Source of the DNA: Verrucomicrobiota bacterium
Lineage (GTDB): Bacteria > Verrucomicrobiota > Verrucomicrobiia > Opitutales > Cerasicoccaceae
Reading direction: 5' to 3'
Length of the DNA: 64,000 nt
Assembly (NCBI GenBank): GCA_039818205.1
Contig: JBCBUK010000002.1
Span: 513,863-577,862 of the forward strand
Shown: piece after piece, positions 1 to 9,900 of the stretch
Numbering within the stretch: the first letter of the stretch is position 1
Layout: the number at the start of each line of letters is the position of its first letter
Program-made: the position numbers and the translations under genes
The notes under the pieces: model-generated
Told to the model about the DNA's origin: nothing
The model's input: only the letters and a program-made list of their open reading frames with translations
Databases searched by the model: none

Positions 1-1608
1 TACATTCCAGATAGTGAGGATGTCAAACAAGGTAATCTCAAGTTTTGGCGTATCCCTAATACGGCAATTTCATTTAGCAGGTTGGAAGAAGGACCCCGCG
101 AAGGCGACTGGGTTTTCTCTTCGGACACCGTAGAGAAGGCCGATAAGTTTTATCGGAGTGCAAATGATATACCTTACCGCGAAGACGCTTCCGTCGGTGT
201 AATTGGAAAGGAAGGTGGAATCCTTGACCATTACATCAACTATACGGGCCCATTGATTCCCGCTGATTTTACCGACAAAATTCCGGGGCCGTTGCGCGTC
301 CGCTTCTTTGGTGATCCCTTGTGGAAATACCTGGCAAGCTTGCTGATCTTGGCAATTCTGTCGCTGGCATTCTTCGTGATAAAACTCCTGACACGCTCTG
401 GGGGCTCGGATGAGAAGAACGGTACTCTTTTTTACATTCGGCAAATGATCTTACCAGCGGCGATGACGATCCTGTTGCCGCTTACCGCGCACCTTATCAC
501 CATTGATGTTCGGCTGCGCCTGATGCCCTTGGAGATCATGGACGATGTCCTGTGGGGGCTCTTTTACCTGACATCTTTCTGGCTTTGCGTGTGTGTGGGC
601 AATATGGTTTCCGCAATCATCATCGCATCGCCCAGAATCAGCCCATTCAGTCTGGATGCAAGTCTGGTGCGGCTAATCAGCCGTCTCGCTGCCTATTTTA
701 TTGGTTTCTGGATCATCTTCGAGGGCCTGCAAGACCTCGGGCTTTCCCTGGTTCCATTGATTGCAGGGGTGAGTGTCAGTGGCCTGGCCATTGCCTTGGC
801 TGCGAAACCCACGATCGGAAACATTATCGGCGGGATCCTGATCTTTGCCGACAAGCCATTTAAAATCGGGGAACGTGTTGTGGTGAATGGCCACGACGGC
901 GTGATCGAAGATATCGGCCTGCGCTCCACCCGTATCCGGACATTGGACGGACACTTGGTCACCGTACCAAATGAAGAGATTGCCAATAACCTGATTGAGA
1001 ATATCGCGCGCCGTCCCTACATAAAACGCACGCTTAATGTGACGCTCACCTATGATACGCATCCGGATAAAATCGCGCGAGCGATGCAGATTATCCAAGG
1101 TCTTCTCTCGACTGCGGAAGACGGAGGAAAAAACCCCGAGGAACTTGGCCGACCGACAAACGACCGGGTTAACATGGAAGATTTTCCGCCGCGGATTTAC
1201 TTCAACGACCTGAATGCAGATTCGCTGAATATCCTCGTGATATACTGGTTCGCACCGCCCGACTATTTCGACTACCTCGTTCATTGTACTTGGTTCAACT
1301 CTGAGCTGCTCCGGCGCTTTAGCGACGAAGGCATCGAGTTCGCCTTTCCGACTCAAACCATTGATTTTCGCCAGCACAAGGAAACGCCCGCTGGCGATGA
1401 GCGCTCGCCTAGCAATGCGTCACCATCATCGCCCAGCAATGCATCGCCAATCGTAGTGGAACCAGCCAAAGGTCCGGAGAAGCTCAAGAGCGAGGAGGCT
1501 CAGATTGAGGCGTTCGTCGAAGAAAACCGCGAGGAAATTAAGGAGCAAGAGTCGGAAACCACGCAGGCTGAGGCGGAAGTGGAAGATGAAGCCAAAGGCG
1601 GCAAATAG
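1..1608 (+). CDS. mscS: MscS-family mechanosensitive channel (5'-partial)
   Basis: Frame is open from base 1. TM helices are followed by GVSVSGLAIALAAKPTIGNIIGGILIFADKPFKIGE, IGLRSTRIRTLDG, VPN and GIEFAFPTQ, with an acidic low-complexity tail. Confidence 0.92.
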   Translation, partial: YIPDSEDVKQGNLKFWRIPNTAISFSRLEEGPREGDWVFSSDTVEKADKFYRSANDIPYREDASVGVIGKEGGILDHYINYTGPLIPADFTDKIPGPLRVRFFGDPLWKYLASLLILAILSLAFFVIKLLTRSGGSDEKNGTLFYIRQMILPAAMTILLPLTAHLITIDVRLRLMPLEIMDDVLWGLFYLTSFWLCVCVGNMVSAIIIASPRISPFSLDASLVRLISRLAAYFIGFWIIFEGLQDLGLSLVPLIAGVSVSGLAIALAAKPTIGNIIGGILIFADKPFKIGERVVVNGHDGVIEDIGLRSTRIRTLDGHLVTVPNEEIANNLIENIARRPYIKRTLNVTLTYDTHPDKIARAMQIIQGLLSTAEDGGKNPEELGRPTNDRVNMEDFPPRIYFNDLNADSLNILVIYWFAPPDYFDYLVHCTWFNSELLRRFSDEGIEFAFPTQTIDFRQHKETPAGDERSPSNASPSSPSNASPIVVEPAKGPEKLKSEEAQIEAFVEENREEIKEQESETTQAEAEVEDEAKGGK

Positions 1609-1842
1609 ACCCGCGCCGGGTTAGTGAAAATGTAACCGAATCGTGCTCCTTAATTTGTTCCAATGTATCTCTTAGTCTAGCCGCGTCGATTTGAGGTGCG
1701 CTCCCCTGGCATTGGTTATGATGTACGACGAAACTTTGATTGCAGGATCACTAGCAATCGCCGTTGCCGCGATAACTGCGACTAAGACTTTCTTTGAATC
1801 CTGGAGATCGTTCTTTAATGCACAGACGGTGCATGGGGATAT

Positions 1843-3768
1843 CTAGGTATGTTTTTTTCGCTTATAAATTGGTTTGCGGCACATGAGTTTGATTTTGTTC
1901 CGAGCCCTCCACGAAAGTTCATCCATATAGCCTACGTGGATGTCACCGTAAAAGGCGAGGCGAATGGCGAGGTCGTCCTTGAGGAGTTCGACGACCGGGG
2001 GCTTCAGTTGGTGCTTCCAATTCAATTTAAATGCTAGGATGTATTCAGGTTCCAACTCATCCCCTGTGTTCTTGCGCTGGACGAGATAGGTTTTGCTTAT
2101 TTCAGGATAGGTCCGGAAGACGGAACTCATCGATTCAATTGCGTCCTCGCTCAAGCCATGCGGCGCCATTTTCGTTTTTCCACTGATCTTTGACCGCTCC
2201 TGATGCTCGTCTCGTATACGATCTATGTGCTTCAAAAGATCTTCAAAGATAGCCGTGGCGCGATCTGCGTCACCTGCCTTCAGGTAGTATTCGTGCAGCT
2301 GAAGCATTCCCTGGGACTTGAATCGGTAGCTCTCCTTGACCAGCTTTAGCATGGTTTCGGCATAATGGTCGAGTTTCGTAATGTCTTCAGCTCGCTCGCA
2401 CATTCGCAATTTTAGTTCAGCAAGGCAGAATTGTAGACATCGGTTTTCTGGAGAGCGCTCTGCGGCTTCCTCAAAGAATTTAAGGGCATTGCCAGGCTGA
2501 CATAGGCTATCATAGATCGCCCCTGTCTTATAGAGGTCATATACATTCTTGAATCCAATGTCCTGGTATTTGCGTTTAAGCTGAATGAGTTCCTTCTTGA
2601 AAATTTGACCTGATTGGTAGGTGAAATTCCAGATGTCAGCCAACATGGCCCGGGAGTGGTAGTCGTAGGCTTCGACATACTCCTCCATGCCTCCTTTTAG
2701 ATACACCTGCACGGATTTCGCTAGCTTTAGTTGCTTCTGTTCCTTGGCTTCTTCTAGAGTCGTGCCGATGGCTTCAAGGCGATCGCTGAGAGAGGGGTGG
2801 ACATCAAATGGGCCAGCTTTTTCAAGCATTGCCTTGCGGGTATATAGCTCGCTGAGATCTGAGCGAAGCCCCTCCATTGAAATGGCGAGCAAGTGATTAT
2901 AAAATGAAAACGGGCCGCTTTCGTCCTTTAGCATTTGCTGGCGTAGCCGATCCATTGCGTGTGTTTCCGTGTAGGTGCTAGCAACACAGATACTCCGCAA
3001 TGCAGAAGCGGTTAGCTGCCGATTGGTTAGCGATACGGCTACCTCATCGGCCTCGAGTTCGTGTCTGCGGGATAATACGCTTAGGTGAGAACAGAAACGC
3101 GGCAAATACCACTCGGCAAATCGTTTCAGCGGCCATCGAACTAAGATGGGAAGGGTCGCATTTTCGCTCGATACATTGGCCCAGCGAGCGGCTACATTTC
3201 TTACCCAGAAATTCTTTCGGTGCTTTTTCAAGTGGCCAAGCTCATGGGCGATTACCGAGCGCAGCTGGCCACCTGAGAGCATTGAAAAGAGAGGTAACCC
3301 GAGAACCAATGTATGCCCTTGTGTGCCGAGTAACCCAAAGGCTTTTTTTTTGTAGTGCATTGCTGCATTCATCTCGAACGATACGCAAATGCGTTTGACG
3401 CGTGGGCAATCTAGTTCGATGCGCATCTCATCAACTAGTTCGTACAAGTCATGATACCTAACCGGATTGAGCGGCAGAGCTGCTGGACTTTCTTTTGACG
3501 CAAAGAACAATGCGTGAATTAGAGCGCAGAAATCTCCGAGTAAGATTAAGGTTATAATCCCCCAAATCACTGGCATTTCCATCACTGAAAGTTGATAACC
3601 TGCGTATGCCAAAGGTACTGCATAGATCAATAAGCTGAGCCAGGTGGCAATCACTCCCAGGTTAGCGTAGGCATAAGTTCGGAGGAAGAACTGTTTCAAA
3701 TCCTTTTCTGCATGACGTTGGACTGCTTTTACCCGTTCGTGGTAATCAAAATACTTGAACTTGCTCAT
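1843..3768 (-). CDS. M48-family (HtpX/Ste24-like) Zn metallopeptidase with TPR-like C-terminal region
   Basis: Two N-terminal TM segments, EMNAA, AHELGH zincin motif, SRRHELEAD and HPSLSDRL, then helical repeats. Confidence 0.82.
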   Translation of the reverse strand: MSKFKYFDYHERVKAVQRHAEKDLKQFFLRTYAYANLGVIATWLSLLIYAVPLAYAGYQLSVMEMPVIWGIITLILLGDFCALIHALFFASKESPAALPLNPVRYHDLYELVDEMRIELDCPRVKRICVSFEMNAAMHYKKKAFGLLGTQGHTLVLGLPLFSMLSGGQLRSVIAHELGHLKKHRKNFWVRNVAARWANVSSENATLPILVRWPLKRFAEWYLPRFCSHLSVLSRRHELEADEVAVSLTNRQLTASALRSICVASTYTETHAMDRLRQQMLKDESGPFSFYNHLLAISMEGLRSDLSELYTRKAMLEKAGPFDVHPSLSDRLEAIGTTLEEAKEQKQLKLAKSVQVYLKGGMEEYVEAYDYHSRAMLADIWNFTYQSGQIFKKELIQLKRKYQDIGFKNVYDLYKTGAIYDSLCQPGNALKFFEEAAERSPENRCLQFCLAELKLRMCERAEDITKLDHYAETMLKLVKESYRFKSQGMLQLHEYYLKAGDADRATAIFEDLLKHIDRIRDEHQERSKISGKTKMAPHGLSEDAIESMSSVFRTYPEISKTYLVQRKNTGDELEPEYILAFKLNWKHQLKPPVVELLKDDLAIRLAFYGDIHVGYMDELSWRARNKIKLMCRKPIYKRKKHT

Positions 3769-4140
3769 AGTCGTACCAATCTGTAAGCGATTGTATATGA
3801 TCTTTACATTTGCGTCCTAGTTATTTTCTTTGCTTGGCGCAGTCAAGCGGATAGGGGATGTGTTGGATTGGCGCACCATTCCCTGCACGGATTCTTAGAG
3901 AATTGAAATTTGTTATGCGTTGCTCGATTACTCTATTAGTGATTTTTCTGGCGTCGGATCTTTCTTCAGGCGAAAGCGCAAAACCCTTTCTTGGGCCTCT
4001 CATTCTGGGGACTTTTTGTCTTCCGTGTATTCTCTGATAACCGGGAATTTCTGGGAGTTGACCCGCCTTAGTCTCAATAAGAAATCCTCCGAAGGCCGGT
4101 TTGGTGGTTTCGCAAAGTTGCCGTCATGGAGCTTCGATCG

Positions 4141-4227
<87 letters not shown>

Positions 4228-4345
4228 GATCAGCGTGCGAATCTACTTTGAGAAGTAGAGTAAGGGAGAAAGGATGCATTCGAGCCGCTGTTGGACAAGG
4301 CCAAATCTTGCCAAAGTAACGTGCCCAATTTTTGCGGTATCTGAG

Positions 4346-4389
4346 AAATAAATAAGGGGCCGACGGAAACCCCGAAACGTCGACCCCTT
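4346..4389 (-). terminator. Rho-independent terminator (minus strand)
   Basis: AAGGGGTCGACG-loop-CGTCGGCCCCTT then ATTTATTT. The single stem imperfection is a U.G wobble only in the minus-strand transcript. Confidence 0.7.
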
Positions 4390-4429
4390 TTATATTTGTT
4401 GGAAGCCTCTATTCCGAAGCAACCTGACG
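4346..4429 (-). ncRNA. Candidate sigma54-dependent small RNA (~85 nt)
   Basis: Lies between a -24/-12 promoter and an intrinsic terminator with no start-codon ORF inside; contains a 5' hairpin and an A-rich linker. Confidence 0.5.
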
Positions 4430-4439
4430 CCACTAATTT

Positions 4440-4455
4440 AGCATCGACCGTGCCA
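4440..4455 (-). promoter_or_regulatory. sigma54 (-24/-12) promoter
   Basis: TGGCACGGTCGATGCT, which is GG-N10-GC and close to consensus TGGCACG-N4-TTGCW. Confidence 0.65.
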
Positions 4456-4586
4456 ATCACTTGAATTTGGGAAAAATCCGAGCAATATGGGCATTATCAT
4501 CGATGGGCCGGTCTGGAATGATGGGAAATTCTCACAGTTTGTTTATTCGACATTCGCTCAAATTCATATAGGGTATGTAATTCAGA

Positions 4587-6965
4587 ATGGGATCCATCGA
4601 TCAGGTTAAACTCCCCACCCGCGTGTTGGTGATCGGAGACGAGACTTCAAGTAGTTCTGAGATCACCGTCCCGGAAACGTGTAAAGCGCTGTACCACAAG
4701 GCTGAAGCAAACGCGATCAGCAGTCTTTGGCGAACCTGGGGTCCCGATTATTCGGTGGTTATTATTCAGCAGACAGTTTGGGAGATGGAGCCAATTCGCG
4801 CGTTTTTGGCTGAGATCCGGCGTTCGGTGGCGATTCTTGGTGTTCAAGAGCTGCTGTCTGTATCGGATTCTTTTGAGGCGGCTTGCGACGCAGTCATCGG
4901 ATTGTCGGAGCTCGGGGAGGCATCAATCCTCATTAAAAGCCTTTGCAGCCTGACCAAGGCAAAGCGCGAGATGGTCGACGCCTCCGAGGAAAACGCGAAA
5001 CTGTGTCAGCGCGTGCGGGTCCTCGACCAATTGTCAGAGGCTGTTATTGGAACGGACTTGAGTGGCCGCATCAAAGCTTGGAACCAACGCGCGGAGACGA
5101 TGTTTGGCTACACTAGGCAGGAGGTGATCGGGAAACCTTTGAAGTTCATTTTTGACCAAGCGCATGGGCAAGGGCTTGAACTGCATAAGATCTTGGAGCC
5201 GCTCTTGGTATATAATCGCCATACTGTAGAAACTGATATCAGGACTCGGAACGGATTGATGCTTCCCATTCATGCATCGCTGACTTTGGAACGAAATTCT
5301 CGGAGCGACATCGTGGGCTTCATATGCTGCTGTCGCGACATTAGTTTACGCCGCCGGGTAGAGGGAGAGAAGCGCGCGGCTTACCAACGGCTGACGTTTT
5401 TCATCGAGCGTATGCCACTCGGCTTTATTGAGTGGGGGCTAGATGGCTCTATTCGGGCCTGGAATCGGGCTGCAGAAACGATTTTTGGCTATACCCAGAA
5501 GGAGGCGTTAGGGCAGCCCTTTACGATCTTAATCCGCGACAACTTCATTGAGGATTGTCAGAAGATGTTCGCCTTGATGAAGGAACAGAAGGGAGGCTAC
5601 CGCAGCAGCAACCATAACGTGACGCGGGACGGGCGGGTAGTTACCTGTGAGTGGAATAATACACCCTTGCTGGACGATAATGAGCAGGTGATTGGGTTTG
5701 CCTCGATTGTTGAGGATATCACGGATCGGATACGGACTGAGGACGAATTAACCCGCTCCCGCGAAGCAGCTCGTTCAGCAAATCGCAGTAAGGATGAATT
5801 CTTGGCGGTCATGAGCCATGAGGTCCGAACTCCCATGAATTCAATTATTGGTTTCGCCGATCTGTTAATGGAATCACTGGATGATTCTGAGCAAACGGAA
5901 TTGGTGAACATCATTAAAGCTAACGCATTTAACCTGCTTGAGTTGATTAGCAATGTACTCAACTACAGCCGATTGGAGGCGGGGCAGGTTCTCTTGCAGG
6001 AGCAGGATACAGACATTGCAGCCTTGCTGGTGGAAATCGAAGAGGTTGTGCAGGCCGAGGCCGTGGAGAAGCACTTGGGTTTTCACTATGAAGTCGTCGA
6101 GGGAACCCCGATGCATGTCCTGGCCGATTATCTTGAGCTGCGGCAAGTACTCCTTAATCTAACCGCGAATGCGGTCAAATTTACCCAGGTGGGCGAAGTG
6201 CGTATCCGAGTCAGCGCAAAAAAGTTGGCGGGAGAAAGCCCTTGGCAATGGGAATTGACCTTCGAGGTTATGGATACCGGTATCGGCATCGATGACAGCG
6301 CACACGGAAAACTTTTCCAGTCCTTTACGCAGCTTGACTCATCCTCAACCCGGCGGTTCGGGGGAACAGGATTGGGCCTCGCGATTTGTCGGCGAATCGT
6401 CGAACTTTGGCAAGGGCATATCTGGGCGAAACGCAACGAGCCTCAGGGGTCGATTTTTGGCTTCACGCTGCCAACGAATGCGATTGTGCGCGCCGAGGAG
6501 GTCCTGGTCGGTAATGCCTCCTACGATGAGCTTGCGGATGAGCAGTTCGTTAAGATGTTTCCGCTAAAGGTGGTTCTCATTAGCTCCAGTCAAACAACGC
6601 AGGAGATTATTGAGCGCCTGCTCGGCGGCTTGGGATATCCAGTCGCGATCCATGATGAAGGGGTAGAAGCGGTCAATTACCTGCAGAACAAGCCCGCAGA
6701 CTTAGTGTTTATTGATGACGATCTCGACGACTTTACTCAGGAAGAGCTGATCGAGATTATACAATCCGGTCAGGCGGGTCCGGGTAACTCGAATTCGCTC
6801 ATCGCACTTTTTACGGAGCAATCCATGAGCAACAAAGATGGTATGGGGCCGGAGTTCGATTCCTTCACTCAAATTAGGAAGCCGATCATCACGCGCAATG
6901 TTCGCCTAACACTGCGCAAGCTCGCTGTAGAATACCACACGGCGCAGGCGAACCGCGCAAAGTAG
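4587..6965 (+). CDS. PAS-PAS hybrid sensor histidine kinase with C-terminal receiver-like domain
   Basis: Two PAS domains (WNQRAETMFGY, WNRAAETIFGY), H-box FLAVMSHEVRTPMN, N-box NLTANAVKFT, DTGIGI, GTGLGLAI, and a receiver-like tail ending in RKP. Confidence 0.93.
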   Translation: MGSIDQVKLPTRVLVIGDETSSSSEITVPETCKALYHKAEANAISSLWRTWGPDYSVVIIQQTVWEMEPIRAFLAEIRRSVAILGVQELLSVSDSFEAACDAVIGLSELGEASILIKSLCSLTKAKREMVDASEENAKLCQRVRVLDQLSEAVIGTDLSGRIKAWNQRAETMFGYTRQEVIGKPLKFIFDQAHGQGLELHKILEPLLVYNRHTVETDIRTRNGLMLPIHASLTLERNSRSDIVGFICCCRDISLRRRVEGEKRAAYQRLTFFIERMPLGFIEWGLDGSIRAWNRAAETIFGYTQKEALGQPFTILIRDNFIEDCQKMFALMKEQKGGYRSSNHNVTRDGRVVTCEWNNTPLLDDNEQVIGFASIVEDITDRIRTEDELTRSREAARSANRSKDEFLAVMSHEVRTPMNSIIGFADLLMESLDDSEQTELVNIIKANAFNLLELISNVLNYSRLEAGQVLLQEQDTDIAALLVEIEEVVQAEAVEKHLGFHYEVVEGTPMHVLADYLELRQVLLNLTANAVKFTQVGEVRIRVSAKKLAGESPWQWELTFEVMDTGIGIDDSAHGKLFQSFTQLDSSSTRRFGGTGLGLAICRRIVELWQGHIWAKRNEPQGSIFGFTLPTNAIVRAEEVLVGNASYDELADEQFVKMFPLKVVLISSSQTTQEIIERLLGGLGYPVAIHDEGVEAVNYLQNKPADLVFIDDDLDDFTQEELIEIIQSGQAGPGNSNSLIALFTEQSMSNKDGMGPEFDSFTQIRKPIITRNVRLTLRKLAVEYHTAQANRAK

Positions 6966-6971
6966 GACTGA

Positions 6972-8117
6972 TCAGATCACCTGAGCACCATTGCCTGTTA
7001 GTGTATGAAAGACCGATGCGGGTTGGCCAAAGCGCTCGAGGTATTCTCCCGCGATTGATTCGGCTGCAGCTTGGTCAAACTCATCGGTGGTAACTGCCAT
7101 TACTGCGCCACCAAAGCCACCACCCGTCAAACGGGCTCCCCAGACGGAGGATTCATTGTGGAGCTTGTCGACGAGGAAATCTAATTCAGCAATGCTATTC
7201 TCGAAGTCGTCGCGTGAGCTCGCATGGGACGCAAAAATGAGCCGGCCAACTTTCTCCATGTCTTTGTCTTCAAGAGCAGCTTTGACCGCGTGAACGCGGG
7301 CGCATTCGCTGACCACATGGTGGGCGCGGTGGTACAGTGCACCGCTTAATAGAATTCGGTTGTCCTCAAGGTCTTCGAGTGAGATCTCGGCGAGGCACTT
7401 AAGGTCTTTAAAGCGCGTTTGCAGATCGGCAAGTGCATCCATGCATTCACGGTGGCGCGTGGAGTAGAGGGAATCCACCAAGGCATGCTTCTTGGCGGTA
7501 TTAAAGACCCAGAAATTGACACCTTCAGGCATTCGGATGTGGCCAAAGGTTTCCGTTTGGCAGTCGATACTCACCAGGTGATGTTCTTTGCCAAAGGTGC
7601 AAACTCCTTGGTCCAAGATGCCACAGGGGACACCTACGAAATTGTTTTCTGCTCGGCGAGCGAGGCGGGCTATTGCCTGGCGATCGATTTCGAAGCCGTA
7701 AAGTTCGCAAAGGGCACAAGCGCTCGACAGTTCGAAGGCGGCACTACTACTCATCCCGGAGCCAGCTGGCAGATCGCTATCAACGGCCATGTCGAATCCA
7801 CTAGAGATTGTCATACCCGCTTTGATCAATTCATCCAGGACGCCAAGTGCGTAGTTGGCCCAGCCATCGTCGTCCGTCAAAGGTGCCAGTTCGCTCAGGC
7901 GAATTTCCACGCCACGGTGTATGGTGCCACTCCATATCCGGATAAGCTCGTCATTGCGCGGAGCCAATGCGACCGAGACGTGGCGGTTGACTGCGACACC
8001 CAAAACGGGTCCACCATTGTAGTCGGTATGGTTACCGATAAACTCAAGGCGGCCAGGTGCTTGCGCACATACCGTAGGCTCGGATCCATACTGTTTTTTG
8101 AATAGGGCCTTAATCAC
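6972..8117 (-). CDS. galK: Galactokinase (GHMP kinase)
   Basis: APGRLEFIGNHTDYNGG, PAGSGMSSSAA, CGILDQ and GARLTGGGFGG motifs. Confidence 0.92.
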   Translation of the reverse strand: MIKALFKKQYGSEPTVCAQAPGRLEFIGNHTDYNGGPVLGVAVNRHVSVALAPRNDELIRIWSGTIHRGVEIRLSELAPLTDDDGWANYALGVLDELIKAGMTISSGFDMAVDSDLPAGSGMSSSAAFELSSACALCELYGFEIDRQAIARLARRAENNFVGVPCGILDQGVCTFGKEHHLVSIDCQTETFGHIRMPEGVNFWVFNTAKKHALVDSLYSTRHRECMDALADLQTRFKDLKCLAEISLEDLEDNRILLSGALYHRAHHVVSECARVHAVKAALEDKDMEKVGRLIFASHASSRDDFENSIAELDFLVDKLHNESSVWGARLTGGGFGGAVMAVTTDEFDQAAAESIAGEYLERFGQPASVFHTLTGNGAQVI

Positions 8118-8183
8118 AATCTTATTCCTAGAGGTCAGTTTCTTGCGTGCAAAGCATTAATTTCCCGCATAATCCGCTGTCCC

Positions 8184-8213
8184 AAAAAAACCCGCGCCAA
8201 TAAGGCGCGGGTT
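8184..8213 (-). terminator. Intrinsic terminator of hup
   Basis: Stem CCCGCGCC/GGCGCGGG followed on the minus strand by a T7 run. Confidence 0.85.
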
Positions 8214-8244
8214 GGGGTAAGGAAATATATCAAAGATTGAAATA

Positions 8245-8526
8245 CTAGGATACCAACGCCTTGAGGCCGGCACCTGGCTTGAACTTTACCGTCTTCGAAG
8301 CCTTGATCTTGATCTTCTCACCAGTCTTTGGATTAACACCGATGCGAGCTGCGCGCTTAGCAACAGAGAAGGTTCCGAAACCGATGAGTTGTACACCAGC
8401 CTTGTCCTTCTTGATGCCTTTCTTTACTGCCTCCAATACCGCTTCAACTGCGCGTTCGGCAGATGCCTTAGTTGCGTCTTTGCCGAGATTCTTTTGAACT
8501 TCAATAACCAGTTCTGCTTTATTCAT
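8245..8526 (-). CDS. hup: HU DNA-binding protein
   Basis: MNKAELV...[33 protein letters not shown]. Confidence 0.97.
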   Translation of the reverse strand: MNKAELVIEVQKNLGKDATKASAERAVEAVLEAVKKGIKKDKAGVQLIGFGTFSVAKRAARIGVNPKTGEKIKIKASKTVKFKPGAGLKALVS

Positions 8527-8635
8527 ATTTGTAGTGTTTTGTGTTGCGTTAGTTGGGTTCGATAAACCTGATGCCTCTTATGATGTCTGAGGCCTTGAGT
8601 CGTCAACGAAATTAGCGCACAAAAATGCGTTTTTT

Positions 8636-8887
8636 TTATTTTTCCAATCCTCTAGGGCCTTTATGTGGTGGGAAATCCCGAGGGGTCTCCCCTTGTGCTC
8701 CCCTTATCAAAAGGCTTAAGAGGTGTTCCATCGCCTCAACCCGCTTGATACCGCGCTCCTCGGCGATCTGTTCCGAGCGTTTTAGGAGTTGCCTCGCCAT
8801 GGTTCGTGCTTGTGATTCTGGGGAGCCCAATTGCTGACATAATTTCGTCAGCGACTCCTCATTTTGGCCCGATTCGTCATGCATCAT
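8636..8887 (-). CDS. Small hypothetical protein
   Basis: ATG at 8887/8884 overlaps the ygfZ stop; helical QLLKRSEQIAEERG segment. Confidence 0.6.
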   Translation of the reverse strand: MMHDESGQNEESLTKLCQQLGSPESQARTMARQLLKRSEQIAEERGIKRVEAMEHLLSLLIRGAQGETPRDFPPHKGPRGLEK

Positions 8888-9782
8888 GTGTCGGTGTTTC
8901 GGCGACAATCTTTACGGTGCGATCGCCTGAATTTCCCAAGGTTAGCTGGGTGTCTTCGGTCACATACCGACGCTTTAGAACAGCAAGCCCAAGCGCGGTT
9001 TGTTCGTTTTTCGAACATTGACTGGTAATGGATCCAATGGCCTTTTCGCCCGCGTAAACGGAAACTTTGTCATTGGTAGGTTGGGGAAACTCGACAAGAA
9101 AGAGCGCTCGTTGCGGACGGCCCATGGCGTGAAGCCGAGCCATAACTTCCTGCCCGAGATAACACCCCTTCGTGTAGCTGACGGCGGCACTCGAAAGGTC
9201 GGCGCCTTCGTGGGGTAGGTCATCCGTTCCGATGTCCTGCGGAATGGCCGGGATGCCTGCATCGATGCGGAGTTGGAGCATCGCGTGCACGTCGGCTTCA
9301 GTTGCCGTATCCTCCGCGAAGGGATCGTTTGAATCGCGGGAAACCAAGCACTCAAAATGGATCTTATTCATGCGGCGACCACGGAAAATATACGCTTTTG
9401 CCTGGTGATTATAAGCTCCCGCGGCGGGAAGTCGTTGATTGATCCATGCTTCGTCACCCCAGTAGGTTATCAATTGGAAGCTAGCGGATACGTCCTCGAA
9501 TTCAACCTCATCTGCGATAACATTTGCTTCCACGGTCTCCAACACTTGGGCGGGGTCGCAGAAGTAGCTGACCAAGTAAAAAGACTCGTCACCGGTGCGT
9601 ATTATAAATGCGTCTGCCTGGACCTTTCCTTTGCGGTTGAGGAAAAGTCCATAGGTCACCGGTTGGTCGCCGGAACTCTTTAAATCGTTGGAAAACTGAC
9701 TCTGGAGATAGCTGAGCGCATCCTCACCCGTCACGGAAATGACGCAAATTTGCGGGGCGGTATATCGAAAAAGATTAGCCAT
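8877..9782 (-). CDS. ygfZ: Folate-binding Fe-S repair / tRNA-modification protein YgfZ (GcvT family)
   Basis: VTGEDALSYLQSQFSND and the signature KGCYLGQE. Confidence 0.93.
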   Translation of the reverse strand: MANLFRYTAPQICVISVTGEDALSYLQSQFSNDLKSSGDQPVTYGLFLNRKGKVQADAFIIRTGDESFYLVSYFCDPAQVLETVEANVIADEVEFEDVSASFQLITYWGDEAWINQRLPAAGAYNHQAKAYIFRGRRMNKIHFECLVSRDSNDPFAEDTATEADVHAMLQLRIDAGIPAIPQDIGTDDLPHEGADLSSAAVSYTKGCYLGQEVMARLHAMGRPQRALFLVEFPQPTNDKVSVYAGEKAIGSITSQCSKNEQTALGLAVLKRRYVTEDTQLTLGNSGDRTVKIVAETPTHDA

Positions 9783-9900
9783 AAACCGTTAGCGGTAGCA
9801 CACTTGATGTCTGCTGTCAGGTTTTTAGCCTTGAATTACGCGGCTTCTTGGGCGTTTATGCCCGCTTTTTCCGAAGCCCTAACATCCGGCCCAAAGCCTC

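Noticed and set aside
1405..1449. 24-bp tandem duplication (SPSNASPS x2) in mscS, and the GAACCT/GAGCCT Pro-Glu repeat near 46326-46355
   Set aside because: In-frame low-complexity linker repeats; not CRISPR or mobile-element repeats.
4230..4460. 76-aa ORF over the candidate sRNA
   Set aside because: It starts upstream of the sigma54 promoter, crosses a terminator and has no protein-like features.
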